Assembly (NCBI RefSeq): GCF_043950625.1 | Contig: NZ_CP171007.1 | Length of the DNA stretch: 32,000 nt | From: Alkanindiges sp. WGS2144 | GTDB taxonomy: Bacteria > Pseudomonadota > Gammaproteobacteria > Pseudomonadales > Moraxellaceae | Strand: one strand, 5' to 3' | Shown here: positions 19,357 to 27,822 of the stretch, piece by piece | Position numbering within the stretch: position 1 is the first letter of the stretch | How the letters are laid out: every line of letters begins with the position of its first letter | Notes under the pieces: model-generated | Told to the model about the DNA's origin: nothing | The model's input: the letters and a program-made list of their open reading frames with translations, nothing else | Databases searched by the model: none | Position numbers and translations under genes: made by a program

Positions 19357-20154
19357 ATGCAACGTTATGCCCTTGGAATTGAGTTTAATGGTCAGCATTA
19401 CCGGGGCTGGCAAACTCAGCAGGCAGGCGTTGCCAGTGTGCAGCACACCATTGAACAAGCTCTGAGCAAAATTGCTGATCATAAAATAGAACTGCATGCT
19501 GCCGGACGTACTGATGCCGGGGTGCATGCCAGCAATATGATTGCCCACTTTGACACCAGTGCCACTCGGCCAGAACGCGGCTGGATGAGGGGTGCCAATA
19601 CACTATTGCCAAAAGATATTGCCCTGCGCTGGATCGCGCCAGTCAGCAGTGATTTTCATGCCCGTTTTAAGGCATGTGCGCGACGTTATCGTTATATTAT
19701 TTACCAGCATCAATACCGGCCTGCTTCCCTGTATGGGCAGGTGACGCATGTGTATCAAAAGCTCAATGTGGATAACATGCAGCAGGCTGTGGATAAATTA
19801 GTAGGTATCCACAATTTTACCAGTTTCAGGGCTGCTGCCTGTCAATCCAGTCAACCAGTACGGCATGTGAGCCATGCCAGATTATTTCAGCATGGCGCAT
19901 TTTTGGTGCTGGATATACAAGCCAATGGTTTTTTGCATCATATGGTACGCAATATTATGGGTACACTGCTGCAAATTGGCACAGGAGAACATGAACCGGA
20001 CTGGGTGGATTATTTACTGCAAGTACAGGATCGTACCAAGGCTGGTATGACTGCTCCGGCAGATGGATTGTATTTTATTCAGGCATATTACCCGGCAGCG
20101 TTTGACTTGCCACAGGTTGATCTGGGGCCAGTCTGGCTTAACCTGCCGGATTAA
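19357..20154 (+). CDS. truA: tRNA pseudouridine(38-40) synthase
   Basis: The protein carries MQRYALGIEFNGQHYRGWQ, the catalytic AGRTDAGVHA, RRYRYII and FLHHMVRNIMG. Confidence 0.93.
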   Translation: MQRYALGIEFNGQHYRGWQTQQAGVASVQHTIEQALSKIADHKIELHAAGRTDAGVHASNMIAHFDTSATRPERGWMRGANTLLPKDIALRWIAPVSSDFHARFKACARRYRYIIYQHQYRPASLYGQVTHVYQKLNVDNMQQAVDKLVGIHNFTSFRAAACQSSQPVRHVSHARLFQHGAFLVLDIQANGFLHHMVRNIMGTLLQIGTGEHEPDWVDYLLQVQDRTKAGMTAPADGLYFIQAYYPAAFDLPQVDLGPVWLNLPD

Positions 20155-20183
20155 CCCAGACTAACTAATGCAAAATATAATAA

Positions 20184-21194
20184 TTACAGCTGCTTGCGCT
20201 TGCGATATTCGACAGGCGTTTCATTGGTCCAGCGCTTAAAGGCACGATAAAAGGTGCTTGGCTCGGAAAAACCAGTTAAATAAACAATACGCTCTACACT
20301 TTCATTGGTTTGTGACAACAAACGCTTGGCCAGCCGGCAACGATAATCCGATAAAATCTGCTGAAAACAGGTATTGGCCTCACTCAGCTGGGTACGCAGG
20401 CGACGTGGCGTGATGTTAAGCTGGGCAGCTACAGTTTCCAGTGTGGTTTCACCACTTTCCAGAGTGGAACCAATGGCACGGCGCACCTCTCCGACCAGAT
20501 CATAACGGGCCAGTTCCTGTAACTTTTCCAGCGCCAATTGCTCATGCAAACGTAACAGTTCCGGCTCGGATTGCCACAGGGGATAATCCAGAATAGCAGG
20601 CTCAAAATACAGTCGCGTTTCAAGCTGCCCTAGCCTGACCGGACAACCATATACCCGTAAATACTCCCCGGTACTGGTGCCATGTTTATAATTAAAATCA
20701 ATACAGGTCGCGCGAAAACGCCCTTCGGTGACAAAATTAAAAAAGCGCAGTACGCCTGACATCACACACTCGCTAAAATGCCGGTGTGCCTGTGAGTCTG
20801 CATACTCCAGACGACCATTGGTCAGGTAACAGTTATTGGCGTCATACACCAGTTGTGCATTTAACGCATCACTAATCAGGCGCTGATAGGCCAGCGCCCG
20901 TCTTAAACCCTCGCCAAAAGTGCTGCTACTCATGAACAGGTATTCGATCACCTGTCCACGGTAAAGCGGCAAATGTTCGCCCAGACGCAGGCCAATGTCC
21001 GGATCACCAGTGACCTCTTCTGCTGCCTGCCAGAATGCTGACTGGGCACTTAAGGGAGTTCGTTTACGTGCATCCACCTGACTTAAGGCAACACCTGCAC
21101 GTCCCAGAATCTGCTCCACCGGCAAATTGGCACGCCGCATGGCCTGATAACCTAAACGCAAAATAATTGAAGCATCTGTCAGTTGTCCCGCCAT
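20184..21194 (-). CDS. AraC-family transcriptional regulator with an N-terminal AraC-type ligand-binding-like domain
   Basis: The 336-aa protein has a C-terminal double HTH (IVYLTGFSEPSTFYRAFKRWTNETPVEYRK). The target genes are not evident from the neighbourhood. Confidence 0.75.
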   Translation of the reverse strand: MAGQLTDASIILRLGYQAMRRANLPVEQILGRAGVALSQVDARKRTPLSAQSAFWQAAEEVTGDPDIGLRLGEHLPLYRGQVIEYLFMSSSTFGEGLRRALAYQRLISDALNAQLVYDANNCYLTNGRLEYADSQAHRHFSECVMSGVLRFFNFVTEGRFRATCIDFNYKHGTSTGEYLRVYGCPVRLGQLETRLYFEPAILDYPLWQSEPELLRLHEQLALEKLQELARYDLVGEVRRAIGSTLESGETTLETVAAQLNITPRRLRTQLSEANTCFQQILSDYRCRLAKRLLSQTNESVERIVYLTGFSEPSTFYRAFKRWTNETPVEYRKRKQL

Positions 21195-21367
21195 ATCTAC
21201 GCTCTCATTCGCCTTAAGTCGCCAATGCTTATTAGCACCATTCTGTCAGGTTATTGGCTGAATTGACAGCCTAGTTTAATACCATGGCACTAGAAATGAA
21301 ATGTATTGTTTATGCACTGTCCAGCATTTACGTGCCAAATGAAGATACACATCACTACCGGGATGGA

Positions 21368-21396
21368 TTGTTTTTTTGGCTAAGACTGTCTATAAT
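21368..21396 (+). promoter_or_regulatory. candidate sigma70 promoter of infA
   Basis: TTGTTT (21368-21373), a 17-nt spacer, then a perfect TATAAT (21391-21396). It lies 32 nt upstream of the infA ATG. Confidence 0.4.
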
Positions 21397-21427
21397 TTGC
21401 GCCTTATCTTTTCGTATCAGGTAGGCT

Positions 21428-21649
21428 ATGGCCAACAAAGAAGAACTCATAGAGTTTGAAGGCGTTGTCACCGAGACATTGCCCAATACCATGTTCCGCG
21501 TCCGTCTGGAAAATGGTCACGAAGTGATTGCTCATATTTCCGGTAAAATGCGCAAGCACTATATCCGCATTCTGACTGGCGACCAGGTTAAGGTTGAAAT
21601 GACACCCTATGACCTGACCAAGGGTCGTATTACATACCGCGCACGTTAA
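21428..21649 (+). CDS. infA: translation initiation factor IF-1
   Basis: The 73-aa protein is nearly identical in pattern to E. coli InfA ([36 protein letters not shown]). Confidence 0.97.
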   Translation: MANKEELIEFEGVVTETLPNTMFRVRLENGHEVIAHISGKMRKHYIRILTGDQVKVEMTPYDLTKGRITYRAR

Positions 21650-21671
21650 GCCAAGTCAGCGCTTTATCATC

Positions 21672-21704
21672 AAGCCGCACTGTTGTTGCGGCTTTTTGTG
21701 TTTT
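21672..21704 (+). terminator. rho-independent terminator after infA
   Basis: The stem is AAGCCGCA, a 7-nt loop, then TGCGGCTT, followed by TTTGTGTTTT. Confidence 0.8.
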
Positions 21705-21914
21705 CACTACTCCTATAACCAGTTGGCGATCCAGAGCAAAATGCTGTATCCGTGCGATACCAGCCACAGCACTTAAACACCAAATACATAGCATACGATG
21801 TAAGCTATCACGACCAGCCTGACCAAAAGTTCATATTTTATTCATTATTGGGAGGAAAAAATTACCCCCAACGGTTAATATGGTTCATATTCCAGGGATT
21901 GACCGGTTGTGATC

Positions 21915-22811
21915 ATGCTATCTATTCATCCTGAAAATAAAATGCTACAGCTCCAGGGACGACACTATGGGCTATTTGCCCTGTCCTTTGCCTTATATTT
22001 TATCGCCGCGCTTTATTGCCTTTATATTTCCAGGCAGCCCGGCAGCATCGCTGCTATCTGGTACGCCAATGCGATTATGGTCATGTTCTTACAGGCGTTT
22101 GCTTATCGGGAGTGGCCACTGCTACTTGCGCTGGCCGCACTGGGCAATCTCGCTGCCAATATGGTGCTTAACGATCCCCTGGGCATGAGTCTGTCTTTTA
22201 TACCCGGTAATTTACTTGAAATTGTCTTACTGAGCTATGTAGTGAGACGTTTTATCCCTTTAAGACAGTGCATGAATAACCCGCAGGTTATATTAAAATT
22301 ATTTATCTTCAGCCTGCCGCCATTAGTGCTGAGCGCCCTGACTGGTGCCATGATCCTCATGTTTTATGGCTTTAGTGCTTATCTGCAAAACTGGCTACTA
22401 TTAATGATCAGTAGTCTTGCCGGCATTATTTCTATTTTTCCAGTAGGCATTTTGATCCTTCGTTATGGTTGGCATAATTTTATTCAGCTTAATCAATCTT
22501 TTGCCGTGCTCATGTGTATTCTACTGGCACTATCCACAGCCCTGTTTAGTTTTTTATACCTGCCCTATCCTTATGTATATATATCAGGTACCTTAATTCT
22601 GGTTGCCATAGTTGGGCGTTTTGCAGGCACTGCCATTGCTGTGCTGATCTATTCCATCATTATTAGTATTCTGATTTCTCTTGAGTTCTTTCAGGCCAGC
22701 TTGCAGGAAAGATACTTAAATGACGAGATATATTTATATTTGCCACTGGTGATGACACTACTACAGCCCTTGCTTCTAGCGACGGCCATGCAACGCATTT
22801 CAACCCGTTAG
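21915..22811 (+). CDS. integral membrane protein, MASE1-like sensor domain only
   Basis: It has about 8 predicted TM helices. The motifs IAAIWYANAIMV and NWLLLMISSLAGIISIFPVG resemble MASE1. No cytoplasmic output domain follows. The start is ambiguous (GTG 21909, ATG 21915 or ATG 21942). Confidence 0.45.
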   Translation: MLSIHPENKMLQLQGRHYGLFALSFALYFIAALYCLYISRQPGSIAAIWYANAIMVMFLQAFAYREWPLLLALAALGNLAANMVLNDPLGMSLSFIPGNLLEIVLLSYVVRRFIPLRQCMNNPQVILKLFIFSLPPLVLSALTGAMILMFYGFSAYLQNWLLLMISSLAGIISIFPVGILILRYGWHNFIQLNQSFAVLMCILLALSTALFSFLYLPYPYVYISGTLILVAIVGRFAGTAIAVLIYSIIISILISLEFFQASLQERYLNDEIYLYLPLVMTLLQPLLLATAMQRISTR

Positions 22812-22830
22812 CTCTCCTCTATGATGAGAA

Positions 22831-22861
22831 TCAAAAAGCGCGGCTATATCAATAACCGCGC
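22831..22861 (-). terminator. candidate rho-independent terminator after the FAD oxidase gene
   Basis: Read on the minus strand: GCGCGG, a 12-nt loop, CCGCGC, then TTTTTGATT. It lies 38 nt downstream of the stop at 22899. Confidence 0.55.
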
Positions 22862-22898
22862 CATGACTCAGCTTAATTGATAAAGGTTAATGGGGACG

Positions 22899-24308
22899 TT
22901 ACACATCAAAAATCTTGCCCGGATTCATAATACCATTCGGATCAAACACTTTTTTCAGCTCACGTAAATAGCCAATTTCAACCGCATCACGGGTATATTC
23001 CAAATAATCCTTTTTGGTCATCCCTACGCCATGCTCGGCAGAAATTGAACCGTTATATTTCTGCACAGTTTCAAACACCTGGGTATTCACCACTTTGCAC
23101 TGATCAAAAAACTCATCTTGGGTCAGGTTGGACGGTTTTAAAATATTTAAGTGCAGGTTGCCATCACCAATATGCCCAAACCAGCAAATCTCAAAGTCCA
23201 GATAATTGGCGGCCACAATCGCATCAATGTCCTTAATAAATGCCGGTACATGGCTAATCAACACCGAAATGTCATTCTTGTAGGGCGTAAATGGTGCAAT
23301 GGTCTCGCTAATATCTTCACGCAAGCGCCATAAATTAGTTGCCTGCGCCTGCGTCTGGCTCATTACGCCATCCAGCACCCAGCCCTGCTCCATGCAATGC
23401 TCAAAAATACTCATGGCATCATCCACCACGGCCTCAAAGCGGCCCTCAAACTCCAGCAAGACATAAAACGGGCATTCAGTATCAAACGGTTTAGCCACAT
23501 GCCCAGCATCCAGCACCTTTTGCATGGCCACCTGACCAAAAAACTCAAATGCCGTTAAATCAATACGTTGCTGAAAGGCATGCAAAATCGGCATCACGGC
23601 ATCAAAATCAGGCACCCCCAGCACCAGCACTTTTAAATCCTGTGGCTGGCGTGTCAATTTGATTTCCGCCTCAGTGACAATACCCAGTGTCCCTTCGGCA
23701 CCAATAAATAAATGTTGCAAGGCATAACCTGTGGCATTTTTAATCATGCCTTTATTGAGGTGTAAGATATCGCCCTTGCCCGTCACCACGGTTAAACCCA
23801 GTACCCATTCGCGCGTCATGCCGTATTGAATGACCTTAATGCCGCCTGCATTGGTACCAATGTTACCACCCAACTGGCTGGAGCCTGCTGAGGCAAAATC
23901 CACCGGATAATATAAGCCCTGGCTTTCCGCATATTGCTGTAACTGCTCAGTGACAATGCCTGCCTGTACTTTGACCATGCGATCCGCCGGATAAAATTCC
24001 AGCACTTTATTCATACGGTCAAGGCTGATCACTATCTCACCGTGACTAGCGACCGCACCCGCTGATAGGCCGGTACGCCCACCACTTGGGGTAATGGCAA
24101 TACGGTGCTGGTTGGCCAGCTTGATGATTGCCTGTACTTCTACTGTAGAGGAAGGAAATACAATAACCGAGGGATTAGGCTCAAAATGCTTGGTCCAGTC
24201 CTTGCCCCAGTTCATCAGGCTGTCATGGTCTGTTTTGACCCGCTGTTCGCCCACAATGGTAATTAATTGTTCCAGTACAACGGCAGATAAGGCAAGCGGT
24301 GCATTCAT
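22899..24308 (-). CDS. FAD-linked oxidase (GlcD family), likely D-2-hydroxyglutarate dehydrogenase
   Basis: The 469-aa protein has an FAD_binding_4-type N-terminal half (VVFPSSTVEVQAIIKLA..., GGRTGLSAGA) and a C-terminal oxidase domain (AEHGVGMTKKDYL). It is divergent from serA, as in the Pseudomonas D2HGDH/SerA pair. Confidence 0.7.
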   Translation of the reverse strand: MNAPLALSAVVLEQLITIVGEQRVKTDHDSLMNWGKDWTKHFEPNPSVIVFPSSTVEVQAIIKLANQHRIAITPSGGRTGLSAGAVASHGEIVISLDRMNKVLEFYPADRMVKVQAGIVTEQLQQYAESQGLYYPVDFASAGSSQLGGNIGTNAGGIKVIQYGMTREWVLGLTVVTGKGDILHLNKGMIKNATGYALQHLFIGAEGTLGIVTEAEIKLTRQPQDLKVLVLGVPDFDAVMPILHAFQQRIDLTAFEFFGQVAMQKVLDAGHVAKPFDTECPFYVLLEFEGRFEAVVDDAMSIFEHCMEQGWVLDGVMSQTQAQATNLWRLREDISETIAPFTPYKNDISVLISHVPAFIKDIDAIVAANYLDFEICWFGHIGDGNLHLNILKPSNLTQDEFFDQCKVVNTQVFETVQKYNGSISAEHGVGMTKKDYLEYTRDAVEIGYLRELKKVFDPNGIMNPGKIFDV

Positions 24309-24583
24309 GGCAAATGACTCTATAAAAAAGCAGACCGGGAAGGTTTATTGCGGCAAATATTAACATAGGATGCTGCAAAACCTATCAGAGTGTGATTTTG
24401 GCAGCGTTACAAAGAATGATTTTAAGGCAGCCTGACCAGTAGGCGGCTGAACTAAGAGCCGCACAAGCCACGTTAAAACAATACACGGGGTATCGTAATA
24501 AAATGTTAACAGAACATTGGAATATGCTAACATATGTGGCTTGATTTTTGGCCTTTACACTTTTCTGGTTTTTGGGAGCCACG

Positions 24584-25816
24584 ATGAGCCAACAACTTTC
24601 CTTGCAAAAAGATAAAATTCGTTTCCTGCTGCTTGAAGGCGTACACCAGAACGCACTTGATGTATTACATACAGCCGGTTATACCAATATTGATTACCGC
24701 AAAACTGCACTGGATGAAGACGCATTGATTGAAGCAATCAAAGATGCGCACTTTATTGGCTTACGCTCGCGTACTCAACTGACAGAAAAAGTAATTGCCG
24801 CGGCAAACAAGCTGATTGCAGTCGGCTGCTTTTGTATTGGTACCAATCAGGTCAATCTGGATGCTGCTTTAGAGCGCGGTATTCCGGTATTTAATGCGCC
24901 CTATTCCAACACGCGCTCGGTGGCTGAGCTGGTGCTGGCACAAACTATTTTACTATTGCGTGGCATTCCAGAAAAAAATGCCATGGTACATCGTGGTGGC
25001 TGGTCAAAATCAGCAGAAGGCTCTTATGAAGCTCGTGGCAAAACCTTAGGCATTGTGGGCTATGGCTCTATTGGCTCCCAGCTATCCGTACTGGCCGAAG
25101 CGCTGGGCATGAAAGTGATTTATTTTGATGTAATTGCCAAATTACCTTTGGGTAATGCCCGTCAGGTCGCAAGCCTGGATGATCTGCTGGCGCAATCTGA
25201 TGTGGTATCGCTGCATGTGCCTGATGTGCCATCTACCCGCAACTTTATGCGTGCCGAACAGTTTGCCCAGATGAAAAAAGGCAGCATCTTTATTAATGCG
25301 GCGCGTGGCACCTGTGTAGATATTGACGCACTGGCTGCGGCACTGAAATCCGGGCACTTAAGTGGTGCTGCCGTTGACGTGTTCCCCAAAGAACCAAAAT
25401 CCAATGACGAGGAATTTGTATCGCCACTGCGCGGCCTGGACAATGTGATCCTTACGCCGCACATTGGAGGCTCAACCCAGGAAGCACAGGCCAATATTGG
25501 TCTGGAAGTGGCTGAAAAATTTGTACGCTACTCCGACACCGGGGCAACCATCACCTCAGTAAACTTCCCAGAAGTGTCCATTCCCCAGCAGGAAGGCACG
25601 CATCGCTTGCTGCATATTCACCAAAACGTGCCTGGCGTGCTGTCAGCAGTGAACCAGTTATTTGCTGAGCAGAATATTAATATTGCTGCGCAAAGCCTGA
25701 TGACTAAAGGTGATGTAGGTTATCTGGTGATGGATGTGGCTGCCGCAGCATCCAGCGCTGCGCTGGAAGCCCTGCAAACCATTGAAGGCACCATTCGCGT
25801 GCGTGTGTTATACTAG
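24584..25816 (+). CDS. serA: D-3-phosphoglycerate dehydrogenase
   Basis: The ATG at 24584 follows GGGAG and gives 410 aa, the same as E. coli SerA. Supporting motifs are KIRFLLLEGVHQ, GIVGYGSIGSQL and TPHIGGSTQEAQ, plus a C-terminal ACT region. Confidence 0.92.
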   Translation: MSQQLSLQKDKIRFLLLEGVHQNALDVLHTAGYTNIDYRKTALDEDALIEAIKDAHFIGLRSRTQLTEKVIAAANKLIAVGCFCIGTNQVNLDAALERGIPVFNAPYSNTRSVAELVLAQTILLLRGIPEKNAMVHRGGWSKSAEGSYEARGKTLGIVGYGSIGSQLSVLAEALGMKVIYFDVIAKLPLGNARQVASLDDLLAQSDVVSLHVPDVPSTRNFMRAEQFAQMKKGSIFINAARGTCVDIDALAAALKSGHLSGAAVDVFPKEPKSNDEEFVSPLRGLDNVILTPHIGGSTQEAQANIGLEVAEKFVRYSDTGATITSVNFPEVSIPQQEGTHRLLHIHQNVPGVLSAVNQLFAEQNINIAAQSLMTKGDVGYLVMDVAAAASSAALEALQTIEGTIRVRVLY

Positions 25817-25885
25817 GTTTTAAATGCTGTGAAGAAGGCCCTGTCAGATGATGGGGTTTTTTTATGGCTCGAATCTTAAGGTAAA

Positions 25886-26968
25886 TCAATCCGGCACTTC
25901 CATAATATCACGTGGTTCCTTGCGTGGCTGCATGTTCATGTCATGGCGGAACTTGCTGGAACGTGCATAAGCCGGAATACGTACACGGTTAATAGAACCT
26001 AATGGTTGATGCTCCACCAGACAATGCCACGGATTAAACGACAATACATCATCGCCATATACACGCCGGGCTGGACTATAAGCATGCTGTGAGGGAATCA
26101 CAATTTTGCCAATCGGTTGATAATGTGATTTATCTTCGTCCCACTCAATCGAGGCATCTTCAATGGGCATTTCAGCGGGATGGGTACATAACTGGGCGCG
26201 TAGCTCATATTCCGCACCTGAACGGTTAAAGAAATCAACCACCAGATCACGAATGCCAGAGGGGCGCCCGTCAAGCTCCATGGTTTTTCCGGTCAGCTCT
26301 GTCACTGCTGGGGATAAGGGTGCAGCACTGATCTTGGCAATATAATCACCATAACGAATGGCAGCCATACTATAAAAGGTTTCGCCCAGAATATGGAGCG
26401 TGCCCATGGTTTTGAGAATCGAAGTTTTTGGAATGACCGCTCCGGCTATGGCACCAATTGGCTTGGTGAGACTGTCTCCCAGTTCTTTTAAAAAATTAGG
26501 CGTATTGTCCTGTAGCTCTGCAACCCGTTGCATGTTCCAGTAGGCTTTTACATGCCCAAATGGAATCACGGGAAAGTTCACCAGCAAAAAATCCTGTGTG
26601 ACTTCATTCTGATGCTCAGGCAAAATTTTTTCACCTTCCACCCCAATCACTTTAACTGCCATGCCATAAGCCGACGGAATATCATCATCCTTGATTTGCC
26701 CAAATGCGGTCGAATAACGAATCACCACCGGATAACGCTTGGGGCTTGCAAATAAACCCTGGGCCAGGTGCTCAGGCAAATGGTCATAAATTTCCAGGTA
26801 ACCTTTCACAATGCCGTGGCTTTTGGCATGCGCATCGCGGGTGGCATGCCGATGTTTATCAAAAGCCCGCGTATTGACCCGACTCATGGAAGTGACAATC
26901 CTGTCAATCAGCTCATCTTCATTTGGTGCTTTCACTTCGACATCTGGACTATATGGATAGTAGCGCAT
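25886..26968 (-). CDS. small catalase-related haem protein (catalase family, about 360 aa)
   Basis: The distal-side motif RDAHAKSHG resembles the catalase HAKG region. The proximal-side RIPAYARSSKFR resembles catalase R..xY..S...R with the Tyr ligand. At 360 aa it is too short for a monofunctional catalase. Confidence 0.6.
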   Translation of the reverse strand: MRYYPYSPDVEVKAPNEDELIDRIVTSMSRVNTRAFDKHRHATRDAHAKSHGIVKGYLEIYDHLPEHLAQGLFASPKRYPVVIRYSTAFGQIKDDDIPSAYGMAVKVIGVEGEKILPEHQNEVTQDFLLVNFPVIPFGHVKAYWNMQRVAELQDNTPNFLKELGDSLTKPIGAIAGAVIPKTSILKTMGTLHILGETFYSMAAIRYGDYIAKISAAPLSPAVTELTGKTMELDGRPSGIRDLVVDFFNRSGAEYELRAQLCTHPAEMPIEDASIEWDEDKSHYQPIGKIVIPSQHAYSPARRVYGDDVLSFNPWHCLVEHQPLGSINRVRIPAYARSSKFRHDMNMQPRKEPRDIMEVPD

Positions 26969-27019
26969 GACATATTCTCGGGCTGGAAAATCAATATTTA
27001 TTTGCTTTAAAAAGCTTGT

Positions 27020-27472
27020 TTAGGCGGTAGCCTGTTTTTCTTTTTGACGTTCAAACTCTTCAAAATACTGCACCGCCAGCTGTTCTTTTTGTTTATCCGT
27101 TAAAATTTTGCCGGACATCTGAAAAAACCGGTGCTCTTCTTCAGATAAATGATGATGCACCTGATCGACCAGTTTTTTGGCAGCTGCCATCCATGCGGAT
27201 GTGGTTTGATCGGCCTGTTCTACTTCTTCAAGATACTCATCAATTTTATGATGTTCCGATAGCGCATGCCGGGTTAGATCCACGCCGTTGTCATCCATTA
27301 ATAAAGGAATATAAAAATAACGCTCTTCGGCGGTTTCATGTGCTTCCAGTTCAATTTTAAATTGTTTAAAAATTTCATCCCGCTCGGCAGACGCACCGTG
27401 AGTCTGTAAAAGTTGTGCCCCAAGTTTGCGTTGTACATCATGGCTTTGACGTAGGGCTTCAAAGATATTCAT
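27020..27472 (-). CDS. hemerythrin-like (HHE cation-binding) domain protein
   Basis: The ATG at 27472 lies 8 nt after AGGTG. His/Glu motifs repeat through the protein (HDVQ, HETAEE, HHKIDE, HHHLSEEEH). It lies 51 nt upstream of, and co-oriented with, the catalase-related gene. Confidence 0.7.
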   Translation of the reverse strand: MNIFEALRQSHDVQRKLGAQLLQTHGASAERDEIFKQFKIELEAHETAEERYFYIPLLMDDNGVDLTRHALSEHHKIDEYLEEVEQADQTTSAWMAAAKKLVDQVHHHLSEEEHRFFQMSGKILTDKQKEQLAVQYFEEFERQKEKQATA

Positions 27473-27589
27473 GGCTAACACCTGTTATTGATGGGTTCAT
27501 TCGTGCATTTAAAATAACTCATTGATCTTATTGAACGTGTTACAAAGTGCGAGCAGTGTTTGATGGTTTGTAAAGAAGAATTTGGCTCG

Positions 27590-27634
27590 TAAAAAAGAAA
27601 AGCCCAGTGATTTCTTCCTGAAACCTATGGGCTT
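27590..27634 (-). terminator. rho-independent terminator (minus strand) downstream of recD
   Basis: Read on the minus strand: AAGCCCA ... TGGGCTT with an extended inner stem (GGTTTC/GAAATC), followed by TTCTTTTTTACG. Confidence 0.6.
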
Positions 27635-27822
27635 ATGCGGCTGTATAAGATGGTTTGGTTATTATCACTTAGTCCGTTAAATGTCCGGTTTCTCAACCAT
27701 GTTGAACTTGTTTTTGGTGCTTTACTTGCTATTCCATGCCAGCAACTTATCGTGAAGTCATAATGCCTAATTCACAAAGTCTTCAATAGTGGTGAAAAGA
27801 TGTAAGTTATGTAAGCCAAAGC

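Noticed and set aside
21752-21934. A 60-aa ORF upstream of the MASE1-like gene.
   Set aside because: It has no ribosome-binding context or recognisable features, and it overlaps the start region of the downstream membrane protein gene.
24548-24583. Upstream start for serA (MAFTLFWFLGAT...).
   Set aside because: The ATG at 24584 is preceded by GGGAG and yields a 410-aa protein, the same length as E. coli SerA. The extension is hydrophobic and unlike SerA.
25817-25885. A terminator between serA and the convergent catalase-related gene (GGCCC...GGGG followed by a T7 run).
   Set aside because: Only a 3-4 bp stem can be drawn, which is too weak to call from the sequence alone, although the T-run is suggestive.
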